Counted from the first letter of the stretch, positions 18,878 to 27,495 are shown. The stretch is 64,000 nt of DNA from Desulfobacterales bacterium (GCA_026984935.1 JALSRD010000019.1:2264-66263); one strand, 5' to 3'. A program made the numbers and translations. The notes: a model not told the origin generated them from the sequence alone.

Positions 18878-18915
18878 AAAAAAAACAGCGGCCGGCCCGA
18901 AAGGGTCGGCCGCTG
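18878..18915 (-). terminator. Rho-independent terminator between convergent genes (strong in the minus sense, downstream of flaF)
   Basis: 13-bp stem CAGCGGCCGGCCC / GGGTCGGCCGCTG (one G-T pair) with a GAAA loop. An A8 run on the plus strand gives a U8 tract after the hairpin in the minus sense. Confidence 0.75.
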
Positions 18916-18955
18916 AGCCTGGTTTCGCCGCATATCTGGTCGCGTCGCTATCGCA

Positions 18956-19333
18956 TCATCCCGTCGATCCCCTCAGGCCCGCCGCGATGTTGCGGTTGAT
19001 GTCGATGATGATGGAAAGCTTTTCCGGAGAAGGAAAGGCCATGGTTTCAAAGATGCGTTTGTCGATAAAAGCGCTCAGCCGCAGCAAGTCCCGTTTCAGG
19101 GAAACGGGAAGGGGGTTTTCCTTTTTTGAAAGTTCCGCCTGGAAAATACTCCATATGCGCTGGGTATATTTCAGGGCTTCGTCCAGTCTTTCATCCCGAT
19201 CTTTGGCCTGCCAATTGTCCTGGCAGTTTTTCAATTTCAGGGCCGCCTTGCTCAACACCCGGGCCTCGGTCTCCCGTCCGGACATGGTTTTGCGGCCGAC
19301 ATTTTCATAGACCTGCAATGCATTACTGTACAC
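18956..19333 (-). CDS. flaF: Flagellar biosynthesis regulator FlaF
   Basis: 125 aa. The pattern Y......RE.E...L..AA..L......W......L.EAL...Q.IW......L....N.LP..L...L..LS.FI.........IIIDINRNIAAGL matches the FlaF family. Confidence 0.8.
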   Translation of the reverse strand: MYSNALQVYENVGRKTMSGRETEARVLSKAALKLKNCQDNWQAKDRDERLDEALKYTQRIWSIFQAELSKKENPLPVSLKRDLLRLSAFIDKRIFETMAFPSPEKLSIIIDINRNIAAGLRGSTG

Positions 19334-19712
19334 AGCTGAGCGCCTCCTCTTCGTATGCCATCAGTTTCTTTGCGACTTTAAGTGCCGGATAGAATCTGTC
19401 ACTGAGAACAAACTCGCTGATCTGATCGATAAAGGCAACGGTTGTGGGTGCGGCCTTAACCAGTTCCTGGGCGACACGCCAGTAGCTGTCATAATAAGTT
19501 GCCTGGTTTTGTTTGTCGACGTACATCAACTGAATGACAAAATAGATCAAACGCGCGGGAGAATCGGCATCCTTTTCTCCCAGGATGTCTTGCTCTCTCA
19601 GAATGGGTACCCGGTTTTCAATGCAAAACTGGCTGCGGGAATCGCCGTTGGTAATCACTGCACCGCCGATGATCATACGTTCGTGGGGCTTTAAGGTAAT
19701 TTTCAGCGCCAT
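19323..19712 (-). CDS. flbT: Flagellin synthesis repressor FlbT
   Basis: Start taken at MALKITLKPHERMIIGGAVITNGD, with GAGGAG upstream. ..PILREQDIL....A.SPARLIYF.IQLMY is typical of FlbT. It overlaps flaF by 11 nt. Confidence 0.8.
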   Translation of the reverse strand: MALKITLKPHERMIIGGAVITNGDSRSQFCIENRVPILREQDILGEKDADSPARLIYFVIQLMYVDKQNQATYYDSYWRVAQELVKAAPTTVAFIDQISEFVLSDRFYPALKVAKKLMAYEEEALSCVQ

Positions 19713-19737
19713 CGCAAGCTCCTCTTGCTGACTACAG

Positions 19738-20421
19738 CTACAGATTGGGTGGATTGAAGACCCCGGTCGCATCGGCCAGCAGCCCCATGCGCCGGGAGTC
19801 TAGAATTTTTCCCGCTTCATCGAGCCTTTCCACCGCCGCTTCGAGAGCCCGGTCGTCAGCCTGCTCTCCGAGCGCCGGAATGTTCAGCCCTTCGGGCCCC
19901 GGATGAACCGGCTGACGCTGAATGGCCTTGGCGAACCCGTTGTGCTCGGCCACCAGTGCTGAACCGTCTGCTGAGCCCTCTGAAGGACCGCCCATGATCC
20001 TGGCGGCATCGCTGTCGTCAGGCGGCATGGTCAATTCATCGATCAACCGGCGAAACGCCGCAAAACTTTTCAACAACTTTACCCGGGCATCGCTGCCGGG
20101 CGGATAAGGGGGAAAATTCTTCAGGTGCACCTGTATCTGCTTTTTCATGTGCGCAAGCTGCTCGCCGATCTTCTGCATGGACCGGTCCGCCACGCGGATA
20201 CTGCGGGCAACGTCATTCAGGCCGGAGGCCGCTGTCTGTTGCCGGCTGAAGGAAAATTTGCTGCGATCGATTTTCACCCATCCACTGGCGGATCCATCAG
20301 CAACCCGCGTGGCAGCGGTTTTATGTGAAGTTGTTGTATGCGAGCCGGCAGACACGGTTGAAACCCGCGGATGCACAGATGGCATGGCGGCATTCGCAAT
20401 TGTTAGATCCGGTGGTACCAT
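19738..20421 (-). CDS. Hypothetical protein in the flagellin operon (no recognisable family)
   Basis: 227-aa ORF with an AGGAGG RBS 7 nt upstream of the ATG. It sits between flagellin and flbT on the same strand. Composition is not antisense-like. Confidence 0.6.
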   Translation of the reverse strand: MVPPDLTIANAAMPSVHPRVSTVSAGSHTTTSHKTAATRVADGSASGWVKIDRSKFSFSRQQTAASGLNDVARSIRVADRSMQKIGEQLAHMKKQIQVHLKNFPPYPPGSDARVKLLKSFAAFRRLIDELTMPPDDSDAARIMGGPSEGSADGSALVAEHNGFAKAIQRQPVHPGPEGLNIPALGEQADDRALEAAVERLDEAGKILDSRRMGLLADATGVFNPPNL

Positions 20422-20445
20422 GGCGTCACCTCCTGAGGAATTTTT

Positions 20446-20483
20446 CCAGCCGGGGGAAAATGGCTTTCCTCGCCCCCGGCTGG
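20446..20483 (-). other. Perfect 11-bp stem-loop immediately downstream of the flagellin stop
   Basis: CCAGCCGGGGG-N16-CCCCCGGCTGG. No U tract follows in the minus sense, so this may be an mRNA-stabilising, attenuating or processing hairpin rather than a canonical terminator. Confidence 0.4.
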
Positions 20484-20514
20484 ATACCCAAAGCGCAAAC
20501 CTCAGGGTTAGGGA

Positions 20515-21321
20515 TTAGAACAACCTCAGGACGGACTGCGCCGCCTGGGAGGCCAGGCTCAACGAGGTGGTGCCCAAGGCCTGGCGCGTCTGCAGCATCA
20601 GCATGTTGGCGCCTTCCTCGTTCATGTCGGCATTGGTCAGGTTGGCCACGCCGTCTTCCAGGGTGTTGATCATCTTCTGCGTAAAATCCTCACGCGTGGT
20701 GATGACACTCAGGTTGTTGGACAGCTCCTTGGACTTGGTTCGCAGGGTATCTTTTGCGTCATCCAGATCGCTGATGGCGGCATTGATGTTCGCATCACCG
20801 GACCAGTTGCTAACGGCGCCATCGATCCCCAGGCCACCGGCACTGCCCGCGAAACCGTTCAGGCCGATGGAATTGGTCCCGTCGGCGTTGAAGGTGACGG
20901 TCAGGTTGTCACTGTCGAGGAAGTTGATCCCCTTGTAACCCGAATCCTCGGCCAGGTCTGAAATCTGGCTCCTCAGCGTGTCAAACTGAGTGGCCAGGGT
21001 CGAACGTTCACTGGTATCAGTGGTCGACAGCGCCGACTGGGCCGTTGCCTTGGCCGCCGAAATCAGGTCGGTGATAGCCTCGATGCCGTTGTTGGCCGAT
21101 TTGATGGTCTGGATGGCCTCACCCATGGCATCCTTGCGAAAAGCCAGGTCGTCAGCACGTTGCTGATGATTCTGGGCCGCAAAGAAGTTGATGGGATCGT
21201 CCAGGGCCGTCTGGACCTTTTTCCCCGTTGCCAGGCGGCTCTGGGTTTGTTCCATCAAATGGGTGGTCTGCTGCAACGCAAAAAGGTTCTGCCGCATTCC
21301 GGAAGTCAGTGTAATTGCCAT
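20515..21321 (-). CDS. fliC: Flagellin (short, ~268 aa)
   Basis: Start taken at MAITLTSGMRQNLFALQQT (AAGGAGA RBS). The conserved N-terminus reads SRLATGKKVQTALDDPINFFAAQ and the C-terminus reads MLMLQTRQALGTTSLSLASQAAQSVLRLF. Confidence 0.9.
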   Translation of the reverse strand: MAITLTSGMRQNLFALQQTTHLMEQTQSRLATGKKVQTALDDPINFFAAQNHQQRADDLAFRKDAMGEAIQTIKSANNGIEAITDLISAAKATAQSALSTTDTSERSTLATQFDTLRSQISDLAEDSGYKGINFLDSDNLTVTFNADGTNSIGLNGFAGSAGGLGIDGAVSNWSGDANINAAISDLDDAKDTLRTKSKELSNNLSVITTREDFTQKMINTLEDGVANLTNADMNEEGANMLMLQTRQALGTTSLSLASQAAQSVLRLF

Positions 21322-21383
21322 TTTTTTCTCCTTTTCTAGGTTTTTCGTCCGGCGTTCTGCCGGCCGGTTGGTGGTTTGCCGAT

Positions 21384-21409
21384 TGATCGGCACTTCCATT
21401 TTTGATTTA
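21384..21409 (-). promoter_or_regulatory. Sigma-28 (FliA)-type promoter upstream of flagellin
   Basis: Minus-sense TAAA-N14-GCCGATCA, ~60 nt upstream of the flagellin ATG. Confidence 0.6.
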
Positions 21410-21820
21410 AGTTCGCCGAATGTTGCCTTCCCGCCTCCTTTCCCGGCGAAAGTTTCGCATTTGAATTACATTTTCGACATCCGGCAAGAAAACTTTAATT
21501 TTTTTTCAAACCCGGCCAAAATACGCCCATCTGAATAGAACGCCAGGAGTTGCCGACCGGAGAATTTTCCCGTTCTTCCATTATGCCTCCAACTGTATAT
21601 AATTTTATTTCGCACGTGTCGCGCATATGCGCTGGGCAAACGGGAGTTGCCCGGAAAAACGACTTAGCGCCACAATCTACAACTGGTTGCCGAATGGAAT
21701 TTTGGGTTTGGTAATTTGCCATAGTTTCTGTTATAAGTGGTAAATCAGGCAACCGGGGAAACGCTCGATTTCAGGCGACATTCCGCAGCAATACTCCTTT
21801 TTTTAAAGGCCACAGATCCC

Positions 21821-23422
21821 ATGATGAACACTGAAACGCCGAGGGACGGAACACCGATTCGGCTGCACGGAGAGGCGTCGGATTTCGGCAAACTCTTTAA
21901 CCTGGTGCCCCAGGCCATTGCCCTGGCCGACGCCCAGGTTCACCGGCTGGTGGTGGTCAACGACAGTTTCTGCGAACTGAGCGGCTATACGCGCGAAGAG
22001 CTTCTGGGGCAAACCCATACGGCGCTGGCCCTGTACTCGGAAGATTCCCGCAAAAGGCTGACCGAGGCCCTGGAGCGTTCCGACACAGTCAACGGCTGGG
22101 AGCTTTCACTGAAAACCAAAGATGACGAGACCCGCAACGCCTCGGTCTTTGCGAGGCGGATACGCATGGCCGGACAGGATCTGAGTTACCTGGTCTTTGT
22201 GGATGAAACGGACCGCCGGCGCCTGGAATCCCACTTGCAGCAGACCCAGAAAATGGAAGCTTTGGGGACCATGGTGGCCGGCATCGCCCATGAAATCAAC
22301 AATCCCGTCAACCTGATCACCTTCAATATCGACCTTTTGAAAAAAGTATGGCGGGATGTCCTGCCGGTCCTGGAAGCCGCCGACCCAAAACACGGTCAAC
22401 GTAAGTACGGCGGCCTCACCTGCCGCTTTCTGGCCGACAACGTCGATCAGCTGCACCACGACATGTACATGGCGGCCAGCCACATCAGCAAGATCGTCAC
22501 GGACCTCAAAAACTTCTCAAAAAAAGAGGAAATCACCGACACCGCACCGCTTTCGTTAAACGAAGCGGTAAAAAATGCCTTGCGGCTGGCGCAACCGGCC
22601 GTCAAAGCGTCGGGCATCGAGGTTGCGCTTCAGCTCGCGGACCGGCTGCCGTTGATGGTGGGCAACCTGCATAACATCGAGCAGATCATCCTGAACCTGG
22701 TGCTAAATGCCATCCAGGCCACCGAATCCGCAACCGGCCGCATCCGCATCCAAACCGGTCAGGATCCCGAGGAAAACCACATCTGGCTTGCAGTGGCCGA
22801 CAACGGCCGGGGTATCGCCCCGTCGATCCGCGACAAGATCTTCGACCCTTTTGTCACCGACCGTCTCAACGCGGGCGGCACCGGGCTGGGGCTGGCCGTC
22901 ACCTACAGCCTGACCCGCGCCCACGGCGGTGAGATCCATTTCGAGACCAATGCCGGCGCGGGAACGGTTTTTACGGTTTCTTTTCCGGTGAAACGCAGGC
23001 CGCGGGGGGGCAGAATTCTGGTCGTCGACGACGAGAAGTGGATCCGCGAATTTTTAACGGCCACATTGACCCAGGACCGGCCGTACCGGGTGGATGAGGC
23101 CGCCAACGGCGTCGAGGCCTGCATCAAGCTGGGCGCCTACCGCCCGGATCTGTTGATCCTGGACATGTTCATGCCGCACATGGACGGCCTGGAGGTCTGC
23201 CGCACCATCCGCAAGACACCTGAACTGTCTGCCATGCAGGTGCTGCTGTCCACGGGGTTTCCGGGTCATCCCAAACTGGAAGAGGCCGCACAGCTGGGCT
23301 TTACGGAAGTTTTCTTCAAACCCATCAAAATCGAGGAGTTTCTCGACAAAGTCGACCGGGTTTTGGGGCGGGCGCCTGAGGAGTTGCCTGCCCACACCGG
23401 TTCAGCTGCGGCCCCCGGATAA
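21821..23422 (+). CDS. Cytoplasmic PAS sensor histidine kinase with C-terminal receiver (hybrid; FlrB/FleS-like by context)
   Basis: PAS region, H-box GIAHEINNP, HATPase motifs (DNGRGI, GTGLGLAV), then REC (RILVVDDE...DLLILDMFMPHMDG). Start chosen at the ATGATG at 21821; the ORF track starts at a GTG at 21737. Confidence 0.85.
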   Translation: MMNTETPRDGTPIRLHGEASDFGKLFNLVPQAIALADAQVHRLVVVNDSFCELSGYTREELLGQTHTALALYSEDSRKRLTEALERSDTVNGWELSLKTKDDETRNASVFARRIRMAGQDLSYLVFVDETDRRRLESHLQQTQKMEALGTMVAGIAHEINNPVNLITFNIDLLKKVWRDVLPVLEAADPKHGQRKYGGLTCRFLADNVDQLHHDMYMAASHISKIVTDLKNFSKKEEITDTAPLSLNEAVKNALRLAQPAVKASGIEVALQLADRLPLMVGNLHNIEQIILNLVLNAIQATESATGRIRIQTGQDPEENHIWLAVADNGRGIAPSIRDKIFDPFVTDRLNAGGTGLGLAVTYSLTRAHGGEIHFETNAGAGTVFTVSFPVKRRPRGGRILVVDDEKWIREFLTATLTQDRPYRVDEAANGVEACIKLGAYRPDLLILDMFMPHMDGLEVCRTIRKTPELSAMQVLLSTGFPGHPKLEEAAQLGFTEVFFKPIKIEEFLDKVDRVLGRAPEELPAHTGSAAAPG

Positions 23423-23428
23423 ATCACC

Positions 23429-24844
23429 ATGCAATCAATTCCCGAAAATGCCATTGTCCTCGTAGTGGATGACGACACCGGACTGCTGCTGAGCATCAGC
23501 GCCACCCTGGCCAGTTCGGGGCTGCCCGAACCGGCCATTCTTTCCGACAGCCGGCAGGCCATGGATATCATCCGCAGCCACAATTTCCACCTCATCCTGC
23601 TCGATTTGAAGATGCCCTTTGTCAGCGGCATGGTGCTGCTGGAGGAAATCAAGACGGAACTGCCGCACATCGAATGCGTGATCGTCACGGCCTCTGACGA
23701 GGCGTCCACCGCCATCCAGGCCATGCGCTTCGGGGCCTACGACTATCTCGTCAAGCCCCTGAACACCGAAAAGCTCATCCTGACAGTCAATCGCGCCCTG
23801 GAACGCTTCAACCTGCGCAACGAACTGACGCTTTACGAAAAGAAACAGCGTTTTTCAGACCTGGAACACCCGCAGGCGTTCGCCAGGGTCATCGCCAGGG
23901 ACGAAAGCATGGCCCTGGTGTTCCGGCAGGCGGAAGTCGTGGCGCCCACCGACTACAACGTTTTCATCACCGGGGAATCCGGCACAGGCAAGGAGCTTCT
24001 GGCCAGTGTCATCCACGACCTGAGCAACCGCGCACGGGCACCCTTCGTGGCGGTCAACATGGCGTCTTTCAACAAGTCGCTGTTCGAGGACGAATTCTTC
24101 GGACACATCAAAGGCGCCTACACCGACGCCTTCAGTGACAAGAAGGGGTTTTTCGAACAGGCCAAAGGCGGCACGCTGTTTCTGGACGAAATCACCGAAC
24201 TCGAACCGTCGCTGCAGGCCAAAGTGCTGCGGGTAATCGAGGAAAGGGAGCTCTACCGGCTGGGCAGCACCACCGTGCGCAACGTGGATGTGCGGATCAT
24301 CAGCGCCAGCAACCGCAACATCGAAGAGGAAATCCGCAATAAAAACTTTCGCGCCGACTTGTTTTACCGCCTCAACATGTTCAACATCAAGCTGCCCCCG
24401 CTGCGCCAGCGCAAAGAAGACATTCTGCCGCTGGCACGTCATTTCCTGGCGGTTTATGCGGCCCGAAACAACAAGTCGATCCAGTCCATCGACCCGGAGC
24501 TGGCCAACCGCCTGCTGCAGTACGACTTTCCGGGAAACGTGCGCGAACTGGAAAACATCATTGCCGCCGCGGTGCTGCTGGAACCGGGGGGAGTGCTGCA
24601 GCTGGCATCGGCCCCCATCCTGCAGAATCTTCCCGAGAGGCGCGAAAACCGGCGCCGGGATGACCTGATCAGCCTTGCCGAACTGGAAAAGGGCCACATC
24701 ACGCGGGTGTTGCGGGCTGTGGGCGGAAACCGCACCCAGGCGGCCCGGATTCTGGGTGTCAATGCCACAACGGTCTATCGCAAAATCGAAAAATACCGCA
24801 TCAGCGACGAACTGATTCAATCCCATCCAGCGGACCGTCCGTAG
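23429..24844 (+). CDS. Sigma-54-dependent response regulator (NtrC family; FlrC/FleR-like by context)
   Basis: REC (VVDDD...LLDLKMP), AAA+ (GESGTGKE, variant GAFTGA loop GAYTDA at nt 24113-24130, FRADLFYRL) and a C-terminal Fis-type HTH (QAARILGVNATTVYRKI). Confidence 0.9.
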   Translation: MQSIPENAIVLVVDDDTGLLLSISATLASSGLPEPAILSDSRQAMDIIRSHNFHLILLDLKMPFVSGMVLLEEIKTELPHIECVIVTASDEASTAIQAMRFGAYDYLVKPLNTEKLILTVNRALERFNLRNELTLYEKKQRFSDLEHPQAFARVIARDESMALVFRQAEVVAPTDYNVFITGESGTGKELLASVIHDLSNRARAPFVAVNMASFNKSLFEDEFFGHIKGAYTDAFSDKKGFFEQAKGGTLFLDEITELEPSLQAKVLRVIEERELYRLGSTTVRNVDVRIISASNRNIEEEIRNKNFRADLFYRLNMFNIKLPPLRQRKEDILPLARHFLAVYAARNNKSIQSIDPELANRLLQYDFPGNVRELENIIAAAVLLEPGGVLQLASAPILQNLPERRENRRRDDLISLAELEKGHITRVLRAVGGNRTQAARILGVNATTVYRKIEKYRISDELIQSHPADRP

Positions 24845-25286
24845 GATCGCCCGCTGCGCCGTTTGCCGCCGGGCATCCTTTCATGCCAAGCGTTCGCCTC
24901 GGGGGAGGCGCGGCGGCTATTTCGAAGAACTCATGGTCCGACGCGTCGGCCGCAGGCCCGATGCGCAAGGCGTCGATGACGGCCGGCCCATTCTTTTCCG
25001 CTTGCATGACACCGCTTACGGCCACGGAATTCCCGTTTTCAAACCGCACGCGACCGACGATCTGCCGTGGTCCTGCCGCCGGCCCCCGGCGCTCGAACTG
25101 CAGGCGGCCTTTTGCAAGGGTGCCGATTTTAAACTCGAGTGCACCCAGTACCAGGGTGCCGCCACCGGGTAAAATACTGTGCAACGCCCTCCCCTTTTCG
25201 GCATCTTTTTCCCAGATCCGATGCTTCCGCTTTTCAGATCGTGTCCCGGCCCGCCAGAGAAATTGTGTCCTTTTTATATCCGGCAT
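24801..25286 (-). CDS. Hypothetical protein (weak PilZ-like hints); doubtful gene
   Basis: 161-aa ORF whose composition is less antisense-like than its neighbours. It has an RSEKRKHR (RxxxR-like) motif and then beta-rich sequence. Its 3' end overlaps the convergent regulator gene by 44 nt. No canonical DxSxxG motif. Confidence 0.3.
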   Translation of the reverse strand: MPDIKRTQFLWRAGTRSEKRKHRIWEKDAEKGRALHSILPGGGTLVLGALEFKIGTLAKGRLQFERRGPAAGPRQIVGRVRFENGNSVAVSGVMQAEKNGPAVIDALRIGPAADASDHEFFEIAAAPPPRRTLGMKGCPAANGAAGDPTDGPLDGIESVRR

Positions 25287-25543
25287 AGGATTCGCAAACC
25301 GGCCAAAGAAGTTTGCCCCGCAGCCCGGAGATCCGATCTGAAAAGGTCATGTTCACTTAGCACCTATTATCGGTCGCCTGCCACAGGACTTGAACCCGAT
25401 TCGACCAGCAGGCCCGACATCGGCCTGTGCAAACGGACATTCCTGCCGCCGCTTCGAAAAAATTAACCGGCAAATGTTGCCAGGGATCGGATGTCGCCAC
25501 CAGTATTATAATTTATTCCAAGTTGTTACAAATATCAACAGGA

Positions 25544-25559
25544 TGGTACGAAAGCTGCA
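25544..25559 (+). promoter_or_regulatory. Sigma-54-type promoter upstream of motA (stator set 1)
   Basis: TGGTACGAAAGCTGCA against the consensus TGGCACG-N4-TTGCW. The GG and GC dinucleotides are correctly spaced. It lies ~75 nt upstream of the ATG, with an AT-rich tract upstream and a sigma-54 activator gene adjacent. Confidence 0.55.
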
Positions 25560-25633
25560 TAGGCGTACAGACATGGTTTGAAATTATGCACACGGGACCT
25601 TTCGATTCCGGCCGGCACAAAGGAGATACCCTT

Positions 25634-26455
25634 ATGGTTCAAAAACTGATGCTCGTCACAGGTCTTTTTGTTTTTATGTTTCTGTCCAGAAGCGTGCTGG
25701 GAGACATTTCCATTCTGATGAACATCCAGAGCGCGGCCATCGTGCTGGGTGGCGCGCTGATCAGCGTATTCTTGTCCTTCCCGCTCAAGACTTTCAAAGA
25801 CCTTATGCGCAGTCTGGCCAAGGTGTTCCGGCAGCCTCCCGCCGACTTAGAGGAGCTCATCCGCCAGGCCAAGATCCTGGCCCGCATTCGCAGGCTGTAT
25901 GGTCCCCGCGAGCTGACCGCGGCCGCCGCCAAGATTGAAAATCCATTCCTGCGCAAAGGCATCGATCTGGTCCTGGACGAATACGACCGCTTCGAAATCC
26001 ATGCCATCATGGAAAGGGAATACGAAATATACCTGTCGCGCAAGGAAGCCCAGGTCAGCATTCTGAACACACTGGCCAGGCTTTCCCCCGCCTTCGGCTT
26101 TGTCGGTACGATCATCGGGCTGATCAGTGTGCTCAACCACATGGGAAATCCCGGCCAGATCGGTTCGGGCATGGCGCTGGCCCTGCTGACCACTTTTTAC
26201 GGCCTGCTGCTGGCCAATTTTCTCTTTCAGCCGCTGGCCCGAAAACTGTCCGCCCGTTTCCATGAACAGGCGATCCAGCACAGCATCGTGCTTGAGGCCG
26301 TACTGGATATCGCCGATGCCAAAAATCCGTTGGCCATCTCTCACCGCCTGAATTCGTATGTCAACTTCGACGAACAGCCCGAAAAAATGCGCGTTGCGAC
26401 GGATCGGCGCCCCAATCTGAAACCGCTTTTGAAAAAAATCGCCGCCGGGAAATAA
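25634..26455 (+). CDS. motA: Flagellar stator protein MotA/PomA family (set 1)
   Basis: Start at MVQKLMLV (AGGAGA 8 nt upstream). The C-terminal channel motif is SPAFGFVGTIIGLISVL...ALALLTTFYGLLLANFLFQPLA. Confidence 0.85.
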   Translation: MVQKLMLVTGLFVFMFLSRSVLGDISILMNIQSAAIVLGGALISVFLSFPLKTFKDLMRSLAKVFRQPPADLEELIRQAKILARIRRLYGPRELTAAAAKIENPFLRKGIDLVLDEYDRFEIHAIMEREYEIYLSRKEAQVSILNTLARLSPAFGFVGTIIGLISVLNHMGNPGQIGSGMALALLTTFYGLLLANFLFQPLARKLSARFHEQAIQHSIVLEAVLDIADAKNPLAISHRLNSYVNFDEQPEKMRVATDRRPNLKPLLKKIAAGK

Positions 26456-26456
26456 A

Positions 26457-27260
26457 ATGATTCAAATCAGCTATGACGACATGCGTAAACGCCTGGAGTT
26501 CTCCGAAAGACGCCGCAAGCGATTGAAAACATCTGTCCGCCGCGCGGACACCGAAGAGGATGGCATCCTGTGGTCCATCGCCGACCTGATGACCCTGCTG
26601 CTGATTTTCTTTATTCTCTTGTACAGCCGCAGCGGCTATCAGGCGTTCACCGCCGGCAACCACGAGGCCGCCGGGACCCCGGTCAGCGCATCGCCTGCCG
26701 TCAGACATTTCAAAATTTTGCCCCAGCAAACCGCCGCGTCCCGGCCCCACCGTACGGCGGCCGCACCGGACGCAAAACCACTTCCGGCCGCCTCCGCCAA
26801 ACCGGCACCCAGCGCACCGCCACCGACTGCCCTGCAGCAAAGAGTGAAGGCTTTCATGCGCCAAAATGCCGCCAAAGGGCTCAGTGTGCGATGGGAAAAA
26901 CAGCGCCCTGTTTTTGTGTTAAATGAGAAAATCACCTTCCGCGTGGGCCGTGCCGACCTGCTGACAACCTTCAAAAACACCCTGACGGGCATGGCCCATT
27001 TCATCGCCCGACAGAAGAGCCGGCGCATTTTGGTCACCGGTCACACCGATGACACGCCGATCCGCACCAGCCAGTTCCCATCCAACTGGGAGCTTTCAGC
27101 CGCACGCGCCGCCAGTGTGGCCAGGTTCCTGATCGAAAACGGTGTCGACGCCCGCAAGATCACCATCCAGGGGCACTCAAAGTACATGCCCATAGCGGCC
27201 AACGATTCTCTGCAGAACCGGCAGGCCAACCGCCGGGTTGAAATCACCCTGATGAAGTAA
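26457..27260 (+). CDS. motB: Flagellar stator protein MotB (OmpA-like C-terminal domain; set 1)
   Basis: N-terminal plug/TM segment WSIADLMTLLLIFFILLY, a Pro/Ala-rich linker, and an OmpA-like domain (ILVTGHTDDTPI...NWELSAARAASVARFL...NRRVEI). It starts 1 nt after the motA stop. Confidence 0.85.
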   Translation: MIQISYDDMRKRLEFSERRRKRLKTSVRRADTEEDGILWSIADLMTLLLIFFILLYSRSGYQAFTAGNHEAAGTPVSASPAVRHFKILPQQTAASRPHRTAAAPDAKPLPAASAKPAPSAPPPTALQQRVKAFMRQNAAKGLSVRWEKQRPVFVLNEKITFRVGRADLLTTFKNTLTGMAHFIARQKSRRILVTGHTDDTPIRTSQFPSNWELSAARAASVARFLIENGVDARKITIQGHSKYMPIAANDSLQNRQANRRVEITLMK

Positions 27261-27446
27261 GCCGAGATGAGGCCGAAACCGTGCTCGTTCCGGCACCTCC
27301 AGAATCCTGCCGGAGCCTGCAAACCCGGCAGTCAGACCCGTTGCCTACGGAAGCACCGCTGCGGGCGTGACGCTTTGGACAGGCACCGGAAGCGCTCCGG
27401 CCCGTATCGTGCCGACGCCGGATTAACGCCTTTTCCCACACTTCCC

Positions 27447-27474
27447 TAAAGCTTGCGGGGCCATGCGCCGATAA
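27447..27474 (+). promoter_or_regulatory. Sigma-28-type promoter upstream of the small arginine-repeat ORF
   Basis: CTAAAG...: TAAA-N16-GCCGATAA. The -10 element ends ~20 nt before the ATG at 27496. Confidence 0.55.
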
Positions 27475-27495
27475 TGCCTATAGGGAGGTCTAAAA

